64,000 bases of DNA. It comes from Octopus vulgaris (Eukaryota). The notes under the pieces are model-generated. The model was not told where the DNA came from and made no database searches. It worked only from the letters and a program-made list of their open reading frames with translations. The position numbers and the translations under genes were made by a program. The stretch lies in contig OX597817.1 of the NCBI GenBank assembly GCA_951406725.2, forward strand, positions 92,566,001-92,630,000, read 5' to 3'. Positions 1-13,036 of the stretch are shown here, in pieces (positions within the stretch are counted from its first letter, which is position 1; each line of letters begins with the position of its first letter).

Positions 1-933
1 ATTCTATTTCAATCGCTTTCAGCCATTTGTCTATATCTTGGCTTACTGTTTCCAATGCACTTATTATTATGGGCATGACCTTTACTGTTCTCATGCTCCA
101 AATTCTTCCTTTTTTAAATTTTAAAGGATTATATTTTCTGTTTTTCTTCCTCTTTCTTTACAATCTTGGAATTAAACAGGTATGATGGGTCAATAAGCAA
201 CTTCGCTTTTCCTTATCTATGATCATAATATCTGGTCTATTGTTTTCTAACTTCTTGTCCATTTGAAGAGGTAAGTCCCACAACATTTTACATTTTTCTG
301 ACTCTAGTACTCTTTTAACTCGATGATTGTATCATGTGTTTCCAGCTTCAAATTCCCATTTCTGGCCCAGTTTCCAATGTAAAACTTTTACAACCTGGTC
401 ATACCTCCATTTCTTATATTCTTCCTGTGTTAACTTGGGGCATTCTGCTGCAGTGTGTGCCAGTCTCATTTCAAGTTCCACCAGCTCTACATTTTTCTGA
501 CACATTCTCTATATATTTTTTATCAAGTTGTTTGTTTTTATCACTTGATCTTGGGCTGCTACAATTAGGGTCCCTGTTTCTTTTTTAATTGCCCCTTTTT
601 TAATCAAGTCCTAGATTTTGTCCCACCTGTGTCTTGAGTGGCTCTCCTAAACTGGCCATGCAGAGATTTCTCTTCAATCTGTCTGATGTGCTCTCTTTGT
701 ATTTCATTCTTGTCCCTTTCTCCTATTATGAGCTTCATCGCCTGTTCTTTTTTAATTGTCATTAGTAGTTTTTCTGTGTTGCTCTGTAAATGCTCTACTA
801 GACTTTTTTTTCCATTTGTACACATTCTTCTACTACTGTTAAGCCTCAAGTACAGCCAGTTGATATCAGCTTTCAGATGGTGGATTCCATACATCGTCAA
901 CTTTCTAGTTTCTCTGTCAAGTTTCTTTATTTC

Positions 934-1163
934 GAAGATGTACTTGCATAGCAAGTGACTTGATCTGAGATCGTGTGCCGGAACGAAACCAATTGCAGCA
1001 TGAAAGGTGTTTATAAGCCATTTAAGAAACACACAAAACCGTTAGATTCACTTCAACATTTAAATTTAATTTGTCAAAATATTTTCGTCGCTTTCAGACC
1101 ACGACCTGTTCACTGACAAAACTTCGTGCTGCACCCTAACCCTAACCTTCCACACTGCAGTTG
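934..1163 (-). mobile_element. 230-bp insertion with 13-bp TSD, probably a PLE terminal-repeat fragment
   Basis: GTTTCTTTATTTC flanks it at 921-933 and 1164-1176 and it splits the LINE frame. Internal inverted copy (about 986-1008 vs 1146-1168), (CCCTAA)2 at 1134-1145, and a hammerhead-like motif. Confidence 0.75.
1070..1120 (-). ncRNA. Minimal type I hammerhead-ribozyme-like motif with G3-C8 core
   Basis: Minus strand reads TTTGTCA-GTGAACA-G-GTCGT(9 nt loop)GCGAC-GAAA-ATATTT-TGACAAA: 7-bp stem I, 5-bp stem II, palindromic AAATATTT. Confidence 0.6.
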
Positions 1164-4013
1164 GTTTCTTTATTTCACTTCTGGTCTATTATTCCAACTC
1201 CATATTTGATTGGGGGTGCTGCTCTTGAATTTGTTGCTTCAATAAGATTTTTGGAATTCAACTTTGACTGCAATAATTTTCTGACTCTCCTTGTCTACTC
1301 TCTAAATTTGTTTAATTTCTTCATTTTTTATCTCATCTGCTTCCAGTATTCCCAAGTACTTATACCACTGTCTTTTCTCAAATGCTCTCATTATTTTTCC
1401 GATTGGCACTTCAATTCCTTGCTTCTTTCAAATCTTCCTCATTTCATTTTCAATATAGCACACTTTTCTAATTCAAATTCCAAACCTGCATCATTTGAGA
1501 AAATGCAGATAGTATGTACAAGAATTTCAAGCTGTTCTTCATTTTTCAAATAAACCTTTATATCATCCATAGAAAGGAAATGAGTTATCTGACCATTCCT
1601 TTTTCCCAAATCATAAGCAATTTTAACCTTTTGTAGTATCATAGTGAATGGTGTCATGGCCAATACGAATAGTAAAGGAGATAACCTATCACCTTGGAAT
1701 ATTCCACATATGATGTTCACTTTTCCAAGTGTTTGCTTTCCTCCAATAGATTTAGTTTTCCAATGTTTCATACTTTCATTAAGCATTTTCTCCATGTATT
1801 TTGCTATTCCAAACATGCCCATAGTTTAACACATCCAAATGTGTGGTACCATGTCATATACTCTTTTCTAATCTAGCCATGCTACATCCTGTCCCATCAA
1901 TCTGCATCTACACTTTCTAATTGTCATTTTATTAACTAATAAGTGATCTTTTTTTGCCCTACTTTGCTTCCTGCATCTTTTCTGTTCTTCTGGAAGTAGG
2001 TTGTTACTTTCTAGATGGTTGTATAACTCTTCCACCAAGACACTGGTCATAAGCTTCCATATTAGAGGTAAACAGGTTTTAGGCTGAAAATTTGATTCCA
2101 AGTTCCCTTTCAAGGGATCCTTGAGGCATAGCAGCAATCATTCACTTGTCATCCAGGCAGGGATGTGACCTTGCTGCATGCAGTCATCCAGTTGTGCAGT
2201 GATCCTTTCATGCATCTGTGTAAAGTTCTTCAGCCAATAGCCTTGTACTCCATTTGGGCCTGGTCCTTTCCAATTTGCTATTTTTTTAAACTTCTGTCTC
2301 ACTGTAAATAGATTAATTCTGATGTCCTTTTGTCTTGGTACAGTTTCAAGTGGTCTTTCCAACTTTGTTAGTTGCTCTGGGCTTTCTTTATGTCTTGTCA
2401 GCCTGTTCCACAGACTTTCCCAAAATTCTTTACTTTCTTCCACACCTGGAATCATTTCCTGGTCTTGGCTTCTCTCTATTTCCTCAAATAGATGCCTTCT
2501 ATTCAATTGGAACAGTCTATTCTGTACGAAATCTTTGCATCTAGTATCATATCTTTTTAATTTAGCCTTTAATGCTGTCATCTTTGTGTCAATTCTTCAT
2601 GTACTGTTTGTTTTCCCCTGTTCTTTCAATTTTCTGATTACTATCTTATCAAGCACTCCTCTCATTATCCTTTTCAATCACCCCAGTTCTTTCCATATCT
2701 TTTCCAGCTTCATTTGTATTCTCTTTCTCCTGTTTAATTCTTTCTTTTCATTTGCTTTTATATCTTCAGTTTTTCCCCTTGTAGCCTGCTAGGTTAGCTA
2801 TGACATTAGCAGCAGCTATGATTAGCTGGTTTGTTTCACTGATATTTTCTGTTTTAACCAAGCTTAAGACATCATTTACTTTGCCTATGGATTTCTTCAC
2901 TTTTTTTTTTGTCCATATATTTTACATTTGGTAGTACTTCATTGTTCCCATCAAACATTTTACTACACATTTCTAAAATCTCCTTCTGTCACTTGTCCAT
3001 CTAGATCATCTTCATTAGTTACTTTATCAGTATTCTCTGGCATTCTGCAGTTTCCATTCATTTCATGTCCTTCATCTCTTACCCTTTCATTACTACTTTC
3101 TGCTACTACGGTGTCACTCTTCTTCAGCTTTGTTTCTTATTATGTTTCTCTGAATTACTTCAGTCTCTACTCCTATGGATTGCACTTGCTTGGTCTATCA
3201 GTTGCTGGGCAGATGCTTGAAAACCTTCTTTTTTTATCCCATGTTCTCTTCATTTGATTCATGAAGCCTCTTGTATTCGATTCACTTCTCAGCCAGCATT
3301 CTATTACTATTTTGTTTACTTCTTTTTCCCATTTCATTCTTTTTCTTTTTCTTTTGCATTTTTGACCGTGATTTTGGTCCTGATCAATAACTTGATGATG
3401 ACTTTCCAGAGCTTGAACAGATACTCCCTGCCTGCTGTGTATGACACCTTTACTCTTAACAGTTCCAGTCCCAATAGTGTAGTTGTGGTTATTATTTAAT
3501 TTTGACATCACTCATTTAAAGATAGCATTTGTAAGGTTGTGTGATCACCAATATTTTTATTGTGACATCATCACTAGGTGAGCTGCTAGCCAAGGCTCTG
3601 AGAGTCCACGCCTACCTTGTACACTGTTTGTAGTGTCAGTCTTGTTCAATCCATTATTTTATATCTTTGTATTTGACATTTTCACTCCTGAGAATTTTGG
3701 TGTTGAGTTGGCACAACCATCAGTGTTTTCATTGAGACACCTTCTTTAGAGGGGTTGCCAATCAAGGCTGAAGGAACTCCTTTTCCCATGAGATAGGCTT
3801 AACCCTGATAGATGCCAACTTGGTATTTGTAGGTCTTGGAGTGGGCTTACATGTACTACACTTTGCCCAACTGTGATCTGAAGGTAGTTGTCGTTAAGGG
3901 TAACCTTATTCTTCCCATATTGTGACACCGTAACCAAATGCAGTTTTATGCCATACCCAGGGTGTGTTATCATCATCATTATCATTGTTATTATTATTAT
4001 GATCACTGTTATT

Positions 4014-4198
4014 AAGGTAATGAGCCAGCAGAATCATTACCATGCTGGAGAAAATGCTCAGTGGCATTTCATCTGTCTTAGCATTCTGAGTTCAAATTCT
4101 GCCAAGGGGATTCAATAAATACCAGTGAAACACTGGGGTTAATATAATCGACTATCCCCCAGCCCCAAATTTCAGATTTTATGCCTATAGTAGAAAGG

Positions 4199-4200
<2 letters not shown>
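4014..4200 (+). mobile_element. SINE family B (tRNA-like head, (ATT)n tail)
   Basis: aagg..gagc..gcagaatc...gagttcaaattc (B box)...agtagaaaggattatt. Related copies at about 20769-20984, 26426-26612, 26636-26834, 34280-34452, 38759-38935, 49705-49922 (+) and 42540-42735 (-). Confidence 0.8.
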
Positions 4201-4249
<49 letters not shown>

Positions 4250-4250
<1 letters not shown>

Positions 4251-5480
4251 GAAAACTCAGCTTATTTTTCTAGGTATGATGGAAAGTGTCAACTGTTCAC
4301 AGCCAGCAGACTAAGGTGACATTTATTTACTGGTCATGCTTCAAGAACCCTGCAAAGAATTCTTGCAGTTCCAAGTAATGCTGGTTTTTGTAGGTGTTCT
4401 ACCTTCACATTTGCACCGATCTTTTTCACCCATGTTGGTAGTTGAGTGCTGATACTCCCAAGTGCACCAATTACTATTGGTATCACATCTACTCTCTTCA
4501 TTGATCTCTTCATATTTCCTACTTTAAATGGTCATAATTGTTTGTTTTTTCTATCTTCCTTTCACATTGATCCTGTTGTCATAGGAGTATGCTATGTCAA
4601 TTATTGTGCATGTTCTTTCTTTTCTATTCACCACAACAATGTCCAGTTTCTGATGTCTGGGCAGGTGATTGCACTGGATCATTGCATCCACAGGATTTTG
4701 CAATCCCCATTTGCAGTGACTCCTGGAGTTTGCTGATACTACATCTTTGCTCTTTGTAGGCCGTGATTTCCACAGAGCTCCCAATGGATCATTCTTGCTA
4801 CATTATCATGGCATCTTTTGTATTTGTGTTGTGCCAATTTCAGGCATTTGCTAATAATCTGTCATACCATTTCACCCCTCTTACCACACATTCTGAATTT
4901 GTTGCTATCGATAGTGTTGTATATTCTGTACTTCATATAATTCCTTAAGGCTTGTTCCTGAGCTGCACATATGAGTACTTCTGGCTCTATCTTCAGGTCA
5001 CTCCTCCTCATCCATAGCCACCAGTCCTCTGTATCTGTCTTGGTATTCACATCACTTGCAAACTGTCCATATATTTTCTTTACTTTCCATACTTGTTCTT
5101 TTTTTTTGTCTATTTCTTGTTTAAATTTTTATTTAGTTACACAATTTCCAGTTTTGATGATGCTAGCCTTCTTCATGTGTTTCAAAAGTGGCCCCCTGGC
5201 ATTTTTTATATACTACACAAGGCTTTTTTCCTCTGCTTTGATACAGTTCTGATAACTGATCAAACCTCTCCCACCCTTTCTTCTGGACAAGTACAGCCTA
5301 TTGGTGTCACTCTTAGGGTGGAAGGCTCCATGTGCTGGCAACATTTTTCTGGTCTTGGTATCTATTTTCTTCATTTCTCTCTTTTGCCATTTTATAATTC
5401 CCACTCCATACCAAAGTGATGCTATCGCCCACATATTAACTGCTTGGATTTTATTCCATCCAGTCAGTTTGAGCACAATT
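4250..5480 (-). mobile_element. 5'-truncated R4/Dong-like LINE (thumb, CCHC remnant, RLE)
   Basis: NKIQAVNMWAIASLWYG...FHPKSDTNRLYLSRRKGGRGL; LKIEPEVLICAAQEQAL; KLDIVVVNRKERTCTIIDI. The 3' end abuts (TAT)n at 4201-4248. Confidence 0.85.
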
Positions 5481-5579
5481 TCAGCCTCAGTCTTTGGAAA
5501 TACTTCATCTTCAGTTGCTCTTTCACTTCCTTTCCATTATCTCATTGAACTATTTTTTTTATTATTATTATTGTTTTGA

Positions 5580-5950
5580 TTCTCGCTGTTCTATTTGTGG
5601 TTGTTCTTTAATTGAAAGCAGACAATAACAAATCACCAAAGGTTTCAAGTAGTGCCTTCTCCTGTGACTCAAAGAGACAATACTCTCCTTAGAATGCGAG
5701 CTGTACCCAACAATGCTGTCTTCTGGAGCACCTCGAGCCTGACAGCGGCTCCAATATTCTTAATATGGTTTTCAAAGCTCTTGTAAACTGCTCCTAATTC
5801 TCCAATTATCACCAGTATCACCATTACTTTCCTCATGCCCCATAACTTTCCAATCTCATCCTGCAGTGGCTGGTATTTCTCACTATTTTCTGCTTCCTTA
5901 TATTTCACCATCAAATCTCCTGGTATTGCAACATCTATTATCTTTGCATT
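5580..5950 (-). mobile_element. 3' end of an R4/Dong-like LINE
   Basis: ORF 5669-5914 EKYQPLQDEIGKLWGM...LQKTALLGTARILRRVL is the RLE C-terminus. Confidence 0.85.
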
Positions 5951-6214
5951 ATCATCATCATTATTGTTGTTAGTTACTTTAGAAGTTGATCTGACATACT
6001 AAAATTCTGCTGTACTATTTCTCAATGTTTTACAAGTGTAACTGAAGGAAGTCGTTTTCATTTTGAATTTTATTTCACACAAGAACCTTTACTGAGCATT
6101 TTGGAAGATCTACCCTTTACCTGGGTAAGGAAACAAAATTGGTTTTTAAAAATACTTTCATTTTTATTCAACCATTAAATATTAAATAAAAAAAAATCCC
6201 CTTGAGGACCCCCC

Positions 6215-8187
6215 ACCACCAGACAAAATCCATCCCTTGACAATATTCCTCTGGATATTGTTCTTTCTTTACAATAAAAATATTTTAGGAAAGTGAAATT
6301 TTATAAAAAATTAAAAATATTTATAAGTTGATACTTTTGTGTAAAATTTAGGAATAATTATGATAGCTGAAAAACTTCATATGAAAATTCCACACATTTA
6401 TTTAAAACCATAAATCAAATGCAATGCCTCAATAGAAATCTAAATATGTTGTTTCTTGGTATTTTTGCACAACTGATAAAATTCATGACGTTGCATCCAT
6501 ATATTTCTTTCTCAGTGGTTCAGTAGTGATACTAGCAATAATCTGAGTAATTTGAACATTTTGAAAGTTACTTTCTCATCCTGAAATACTCATAAACTTC
6601 CAGATGACTGGATGTGGAAACACCCAGCAAATGATACAAAGCGCCAGTGCCATCCTTCAACAAAATTATTCATACAATGAAGTTCAGCGTTTGTTCTTAC
6701 ATGCATATTTTTTATATCCTTGTATTGGGTATATGATATAATGAAGCAAGGGGGAAGAAAGTATAAACATGATGTACTACTATTACTATTACACGAGACT
6801 CAACATTCTATATCAAAGGCTCACAGAGAACTGCTACAAACACGAACTGCCAATCACACACAGTTCTTTGTTTTATAACAATGAGTCAATCTATCTTTTA
6901 GTTACTTGATGGGTGGTTGGAATCCTTCCACAACAATATTCCAAAGAGATATGCTAAATGTTGATTCTTGGCATCCCCATAGACATGGCCTTCAAAGTAA
7001 TCCAAAACTGGCAAAGCTTCTTCTGGCATAATATCATGGAGCTCTTCAAAAGCTGCCTGAACAGATTCAGGTGGTATAAAGGCAAGGGCTACTACCATCC
7101 TCATTTTAAGAAAAAATTCAGTATTGTTTTAATATGCTTTTGAAAACCAAACTCCTGTATTTTCCTATATATATTTTGACACAAATGAAAGAACCAATCT
7201 CGAATGTCAATTTCAGGAAAGTGCACAAATAAAGTATTCAGCATTGCACTTTCAAAATCTATCATTGCACTTACAGGAGTGCAATTTGACAAGTTCTTAA
7301 CTTCCTGTATTAATTTGTTGTAAGTTGAGTCTTATCTGGCAAGAGTGCATAGCTGCAGAGTATAGTGTTGATCTACTACAGCATGAAGCGTACACAACTG
7401 GTTGAAAATTTCAGCAACTACTTTAAATGTTTCACCAAAACACCAATGAGGAGAAGTTTTTAGAAATGTTATGCCTTTAGCCATTCCAAATACCAAAATC
7501 CTCTTGCCATCAAATGTTGAATCATGCAACAAAAAATTTTCCCCATTGGCTGTTTTTACACAGTTTTCAGGTATAATAAGATCTTGAGCACATGATGGCA
7601 ATGGTAAATGGTTACTTTTTTTTCTGTTTATAGTGTCATACATCTCATCGAAGGATATGGAGGAAAGGTATTTTTGTAGCTACTTATTCTGATATAGATG
7701 TATAAGCTTTGGCAATAATTTGTTGTGTAGTCTCTTCAGCTTTTATTGCCCATTTAAAAAAATTTATTGAATCACTTTTGCACTTTCACACTTCGGTGTG
7801 CCTGGTGTGTGTGTGTGTGTGTGACTGCATAATTGTTCAGTAATCTCACCTGGCTGCATTTTTACCTTTGCTTTACATGATGCATTAGACCTCTATCATT
7901 CACATTCATAAGGTACCACACCATTTGCCAAATCTTCAATGGATTTATAAAACAAAATTCTTCACCACCTTCAGCACAACTATATAAGCCATTAAAAAAT
8001 AAATAGAACTAGCAAGCGACTGTACTATTATTTTAATAATAGGTTAAAAAAAAACAAGGCAAATCATCAGTTTATAACAAACAAGGTAATTAATCGATTC
8101 ATCAATATTCCTGTGATGTAATATTAACCACCGGTGGATTATGGGTTGTGAGGACTTTGTCTTTGGTGGGATTTTGTCCTGATACCC
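6215..8187 (-). mobile_element. Decayed MULE (Mutator-like) DNA transposon with FLYWCH-type N-terminus
   Basis: ENFLLHDS...RILVFG...WCFGETFK; MIDFESAM...WFFHLCQNIYRKIQ; ALAFIPP...LDYFE; NNFVEGWH near 6650. Imperfect terminal inverted motifs: gacaaaatcc (about 6222) and ggattttgtcc (about 8169). Confidence 0.85.
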
Positions 8188-8884
8188 CTTGGATCTGTCT
8201 GTACATTAGAAAGATTTCAGCAAGCAGAACAAATAATCACCAAACAAAAGAAAACAAATAGTAAAAACAGAGTAGTTTTGGTGAAGTATTGTGTGGTATA
8301 ACTTTAAAGAGATTTTTTTTGTAAGACTGGAACAATGCGAAAAGGTACAAAATAAACTACAAAAGGAAAAGAAAAACAAAGCTGTAGTTTTACCTTGTAT
8401 TAGGGGTAGGTATTTCTGACCCCACCCTCCATTATAAACCAACATGGAAAGCAAATACAATTATGATGATGGTGATAATAAAAAGGAAAACTGAAAATAA
8501 GAACCAGTCTGATGCATTGTTCCCTTCAAGTTGTGTGCATGTATGTATCTGAACACAGAAGAAATATAATTTACACACAACAATTTAGCTGTGAAAAATA
8601 ATGGTATTTTCATGTGCTATTCAGTAAGTAAATCACATTCAGACTATGGAGAAAGAGTATCATAACCCATTACATGTTATACATGTTACAAGAGCTGTAG
8701 TTTCAAGTTTCCTTTTGCTCATACAGTCAGTGAATATATACTGTTGTGACAAGGTAAAACTTTTGCACAAAATAAGATTTTTGCACAAAGTGACTGCTAA
8801 AGATATGAAAGAACTTTACTTGAGTTTTAATTTTGAAATCATTGATTTGTATTTCTGTTATTGTTTATTTCTTTCAAATTTCAG

Positions 8885-9048
8885 GTATGTTTACTAAATC
8901 TACATTGTGTCAGTGTTGAGACCCTAAGTTTGAAAGTGCCATTAACTATCCAGCCAGGAGGTTGGGGATCATGGAATGCATGGTCTGAATGTACTTCAGT
9001 TTGTGGAACAGGGATCAGGTACCGAGAACGATTATGTACTAACCCAAA
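8885..9048 (+). CDS. ADAMTS-family exon A: end of disintegrin-like module plus first half of TSP1 repeat
   Basis: tttcag|GTA...CCA AA|gtaggt. Translates VCLLNLHCVSV...PGGWGSWNAWSECTSVCGTGIRYRERLCTNP(K), with the WxxWxxW and RxRxC TSR motifs. Phase 0 to 2. Confidence 0.93.
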
Positions 9049-9537
9049 GTAGGTTTATGCATGGCTTACAATGACATTGCTGTTGCTATTGTTGTTACTG
9101 TTGTTTTTTAAATCTAGATCAGCTCTGATCCAACATACATATGATCAAAAATATTCTGGTACTGACGGTTCTGTTGCTTCTTTTATTAAAAATTAAGCTC
9201 AGCTTGATATGATTTGAGGGAATTTTACTGGTATTTCTTGTAATTTGTGACAAAGACGCATCTTTATTTTATACACTGATGGCGTTACCTTGTAGTAGCA
9301 GAATCAACAAATCGCCCTTTGTGTCCCAACTATTTTGTGTGTGTGTGTGTGTGTGTGTGTTTATATACATATGTACCTCATCATCATTATTGTTTAGCAT
9401 GTGTCTTCCATGATGGCATGGGTTAGATGGTTTGACAGGAGCTGTCTAGGCAGGAGCCTGTACCAGACTGCAGTTTCAGTTTTGGCACGGTTTTTACAAC
9501 TGGATGCCCTTCCAAACACCAACCATCAAACTAGGTG

Positions 9538-9581
<44 letters not shown>

Positions 9582-9587
<6 letters not shown>

Positions 9588-9810
9588 AACAAAACAGTTT
9601 GATTTAAACTCCTTGGTACTCTGAGTTTCAAGCAAGTCGCTAGTCATCAGCCATCGGAGTCTGAATGAGAGTTCGATTGAAGAGAATCAATGTTTACTAC
9701 TGAATTCTCTACAATAGAACTCTCATTCAGACTCTGATGACCAAAGACTATCGACATGCTTGAAACTCAGAATACCAAGGAGTTTGAATCAAGCTGTTTT
9801 GATCCATACA
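9582..9810. repeat. Fold-back element (about 105-bp inverted arms) next to (TA)n, each arm carrying a hammerhead-like segment
   Basis: 9584-9689 is the reverse complement of about 9701-9807, with scattered mismatches. Confidence 0.85.
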
Positions 9811-10059
9811 TGTAACTTCCAATAATTGTGTTGAGTGCCCTTCTTTTGTTTGTCTACTCACTTGTATATACACACAAATATATATGTATATATGCATTCA
9901 TGTATATGTATGTATTTATAAATTTTGAGAAATTTTTATATATCATATAGATGGATGCATCTATGTATGCACTTTGTATATCATGGAGAACTTCGTTAAT
10001 ATGGATTGAATGAAAATATTCATCGGCCTTAGAATTTGTTTTCTCCTCTCCTTAATTTT

Positions 10060-10119
<60 letters not shown>

Positions 10120-10276
10120 AGAATTCACAAAAAAAGCTAAAGACGAAGACAGCTGGTGTAGACAACAAACAAATGTATTAGTTTAACGCTCAGGAAAGAA
10201 AAAGAAAACGAAGAAAATGACTTATAGACATCAATTTATTAGAACATAACCCAATTCTGAACGATACCAAACTCAG

Positions 10277-10372
10277 TTTCACTTACAGCTGTTTCCATGC
10301 CCAATTGGATCAATTTGGGAAATTAAATTAAATTTCCATATCAAATATCGTTGAGTATTTCGTCAGGGGAAG
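10277..10372 (-). ncRNA. Hammerhead-like motif with long stem II at the 3' end of the PLE
   Basis: Minus strand reads CTGACGA-A-ATACTCAA...TTGGGCAT-G-GAAA-C-AGCT-GTA, with palindromic ACAGCTGT. Stem I is degenerate. Confidence 0.55.
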
Positions 10373-10848
10373 AATTTGATAGAAGGGAATTATATTCCGA
10401 TATGTTATTCAACCCTGGATAAACCCAGATATGTGCGTTTCAGCAACCAATGTATTTGTTTTAATCGTTACTTATATATATGTAAATGTAAACCTGTATA
10501 ATGCATTTGTGTACGTGCGTGTGTAATGTGTTGAAGAACAAAAGCAAAATATCCATTATAAACGAAATTTTGATATGATTACTTTAAACTAGAAGCTAAA
10601 AAAAAAAAATTCCTAAATTTCATTATTATTTATGATAGATCGAAATGTCATTAAAGTATTTAATCACTTAAGAAATTTAATTATAAGTCAGTCAATTGCA
10701 ATCTAGAAGTTATAGTTAAATAAATAATAATTATTATTATTTTAATTTTTTATTTCCAAACCATAGTTACGTATATGTAATATTTACATTACATATTTAT
10801 GCGTGTGTTAATGTGTTGAAAGCTACTAGACGTAGCTTTCAACGGTTT

Positions 10849-11248
10849 GGCGTTGGAGTGGCTGTATGGTAAGTAGCTTGTTGACCAACCACATGGTTCC
10901 GAGTTCAGTCCCACTGCGTGGCACCTTGGGCAAATGTCTTCTTCTATAGCCTCGGGCTGACCAAAGCCTTGTGAGTGGATTTGGTAGACGGAAACAAACA
11001 CACACACACACACATATATATATGTATGTGTGTGTATATGTTTGTGTGTCTGCGTTTGTCCCCCCAACATCGCTTGACAACCGATGCTGGTGTGTTTACG
11101 TCCCCGTAACTTAGCGGTTCGGCAAAAGAGACCGATAGAATAAGTACTAGGATTACAAAGAATAAGTCCTGGGGTCAATTTGCTCGACTAAAGGCGGTGC
11201 TCCAGCATGGCCACGGTCAAATGACTGAAACAAGTAAAAAGTAAAGTA
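10849..11248 (+). mobile_element. SINE family A (tRNA-derived, internal microsatellite), full length
   Basis: A box (tggctgtatggtaag), B box (gagttcagtccc), internal (CA)/(TG), 3' gactgaaacaagtaaaa(agta)n. Confidence 0.88.
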
Positions 11249-13036
11249 GACGATACTAATTACCATAGCTGAATATTACGTCATCAATAATTGCGCACAA
11301 TATATTTGTTTACATAATAGTGTGAAAAGATATACACGAGTTTAATTGAGGAAGGCACTAAAATTAAAAAATCAAAATGAGTTAAGTTAATAAAAATTAA
11401 AACCATTATTGAATTAATACATAGTATCTTTAACTTAAGATTATCGATTAATTACTTTTAAATATATTAATCACAGATTCCTAAGATATGCAGTGAAATT
11501 AAAATACTTTTAACCTTTGCATAATACAGTTACCTGTAAATAAAACCGTATGTTCATATTTACCATTTATTTTATATTTTAAGATGAATATGATATTTAC
11601 TAAGAATTACCTAATCTTTATAGTTATAATTGTTAGTATATTAATTCTGAGATACTGCCTAAATTTATAGTCCGGGTAACTTTTGCATTGTATTTAATGG
11701 AAGTTTTTGAAAACATGTTTATAGGCGTGAACACAAGATATACCATCCTCCCTCCTTGTGATAAGGAGTCTACGATTGGAATTTAATATTTAGTATACTT
11801 CTATGCAAAGAAAGCAAAAGGCATTGTTAATACTATAGGCACCAACCCTGCTTATTAACTCTCACTACACAGTAAACATTTTATGTTTACTGTGTAGTGG
11901 GAGTCCCAAATAAATTTACTAAGCCAGGTATAAGATGACTTATTTTTATTATTAAATTTATAATAGTGATTAGCGATGCATTTTTTTATATAGTTTTGCA
12001 TAGCACCGATGTAAACAAATTCTTACCTTTAGAATTCACTTTACATCTATACACTGCGCTTTTTTTTTCTTTACAAAAATTATTAAACAAACAGTTATTT
12101 TTATCTTTGCAATCACAATATATATTTTCATTTCTATTGATATTACTATTAAGATTTATACAATTAGATTCAGTATGATTATTATTTACAGCAGGAGTGA
12201 GGGAACTTTTTAGTGTGGTGCGCAAAAATTTCCAAAGAAAAAGGTCTGTGGGCGGATCACAAGTTCTAACTCTTTTCCATTTCCATTCAAATGGAAATTA
12301 CCAGACGATTTTCTGTTCGATTCTAACCATTTTAAGTTGTGGAAACGTGACTTATGTCGCAAATAGGCATACAAATATTGTATAAATTCTATAATTGAAA
12401 TATTCACAATATTTTGTACATATAAGTATACCAGCCTGCAGGTGCAATAAAATGGGCTCACGGGAGTTTTTCCACTCCTGATTTACAGTATTACTTCTAT
12501 TCCTCAGGTTAAGATAGGATTTAAAGTGGGTTGTTTCTCCTTGTACAATAGAAGAATTATTTTTACATTTTTCACTAACATTATTTCCTAGAGTATTATT
12601 GTTGCATTTAATCAGGTAATTATTGTTATAAACATTCAAAAATTTCCCTTAAGGGAAGAAATAATCTGGGACATATTCTTCAAAACAAAAAAAGTCACAC
12701 GGAGAAAACCGGCGTTAATTACATCATAATATCTATTTTCTTTGGTAAAATGTTTAGAAAATGATTTTATGAACATCCAACTAAATTGTTCTTAATTTTC
12801 TTAGCAAATGAAATAATGAGTCAAATAATATTATTCTCATCAGAAGGTACATTATAATTTTCAGACTTTTTAATCTTATATTTATACAGGGTGTGTCTTT
12901 TAATTTCATTATTCCTATAACTAATTTCATGAGTATTATCCGATGTATGATGCAATAAATTGGTTTTCATATTTTAAGTACCATTTTTATCTATGGGAGT
13001 AACTCCCATGTTATTAGAGCCATTGTGGTCGATATT

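Larger units (their letters stand above)
1..3950 (-). mobile_element. Near full-length decayed R4/Dong-like non-LTR retrotransposon (RT plus restriction-like endonuclease)
   Basis: Fragments in order: N-terminal KWEKEVNKIVIECWLRS (3173-3511); NWKGPGPNGVQGYWLK; PEEQKRCRK; GIFQGDRLSPLLF and MDDIK (1439-1822); KSLHGQF; RPDI-type endonuclease region near 220-240. Many stops and frameshifts. Confidence 0.88.

Noticed and set aside
6060-6130. Donor-like ctgg|gtaagg upstream of exon A
   Set aside because: No convincing acceptor, and no open frame with disintegrin-like cysteines.
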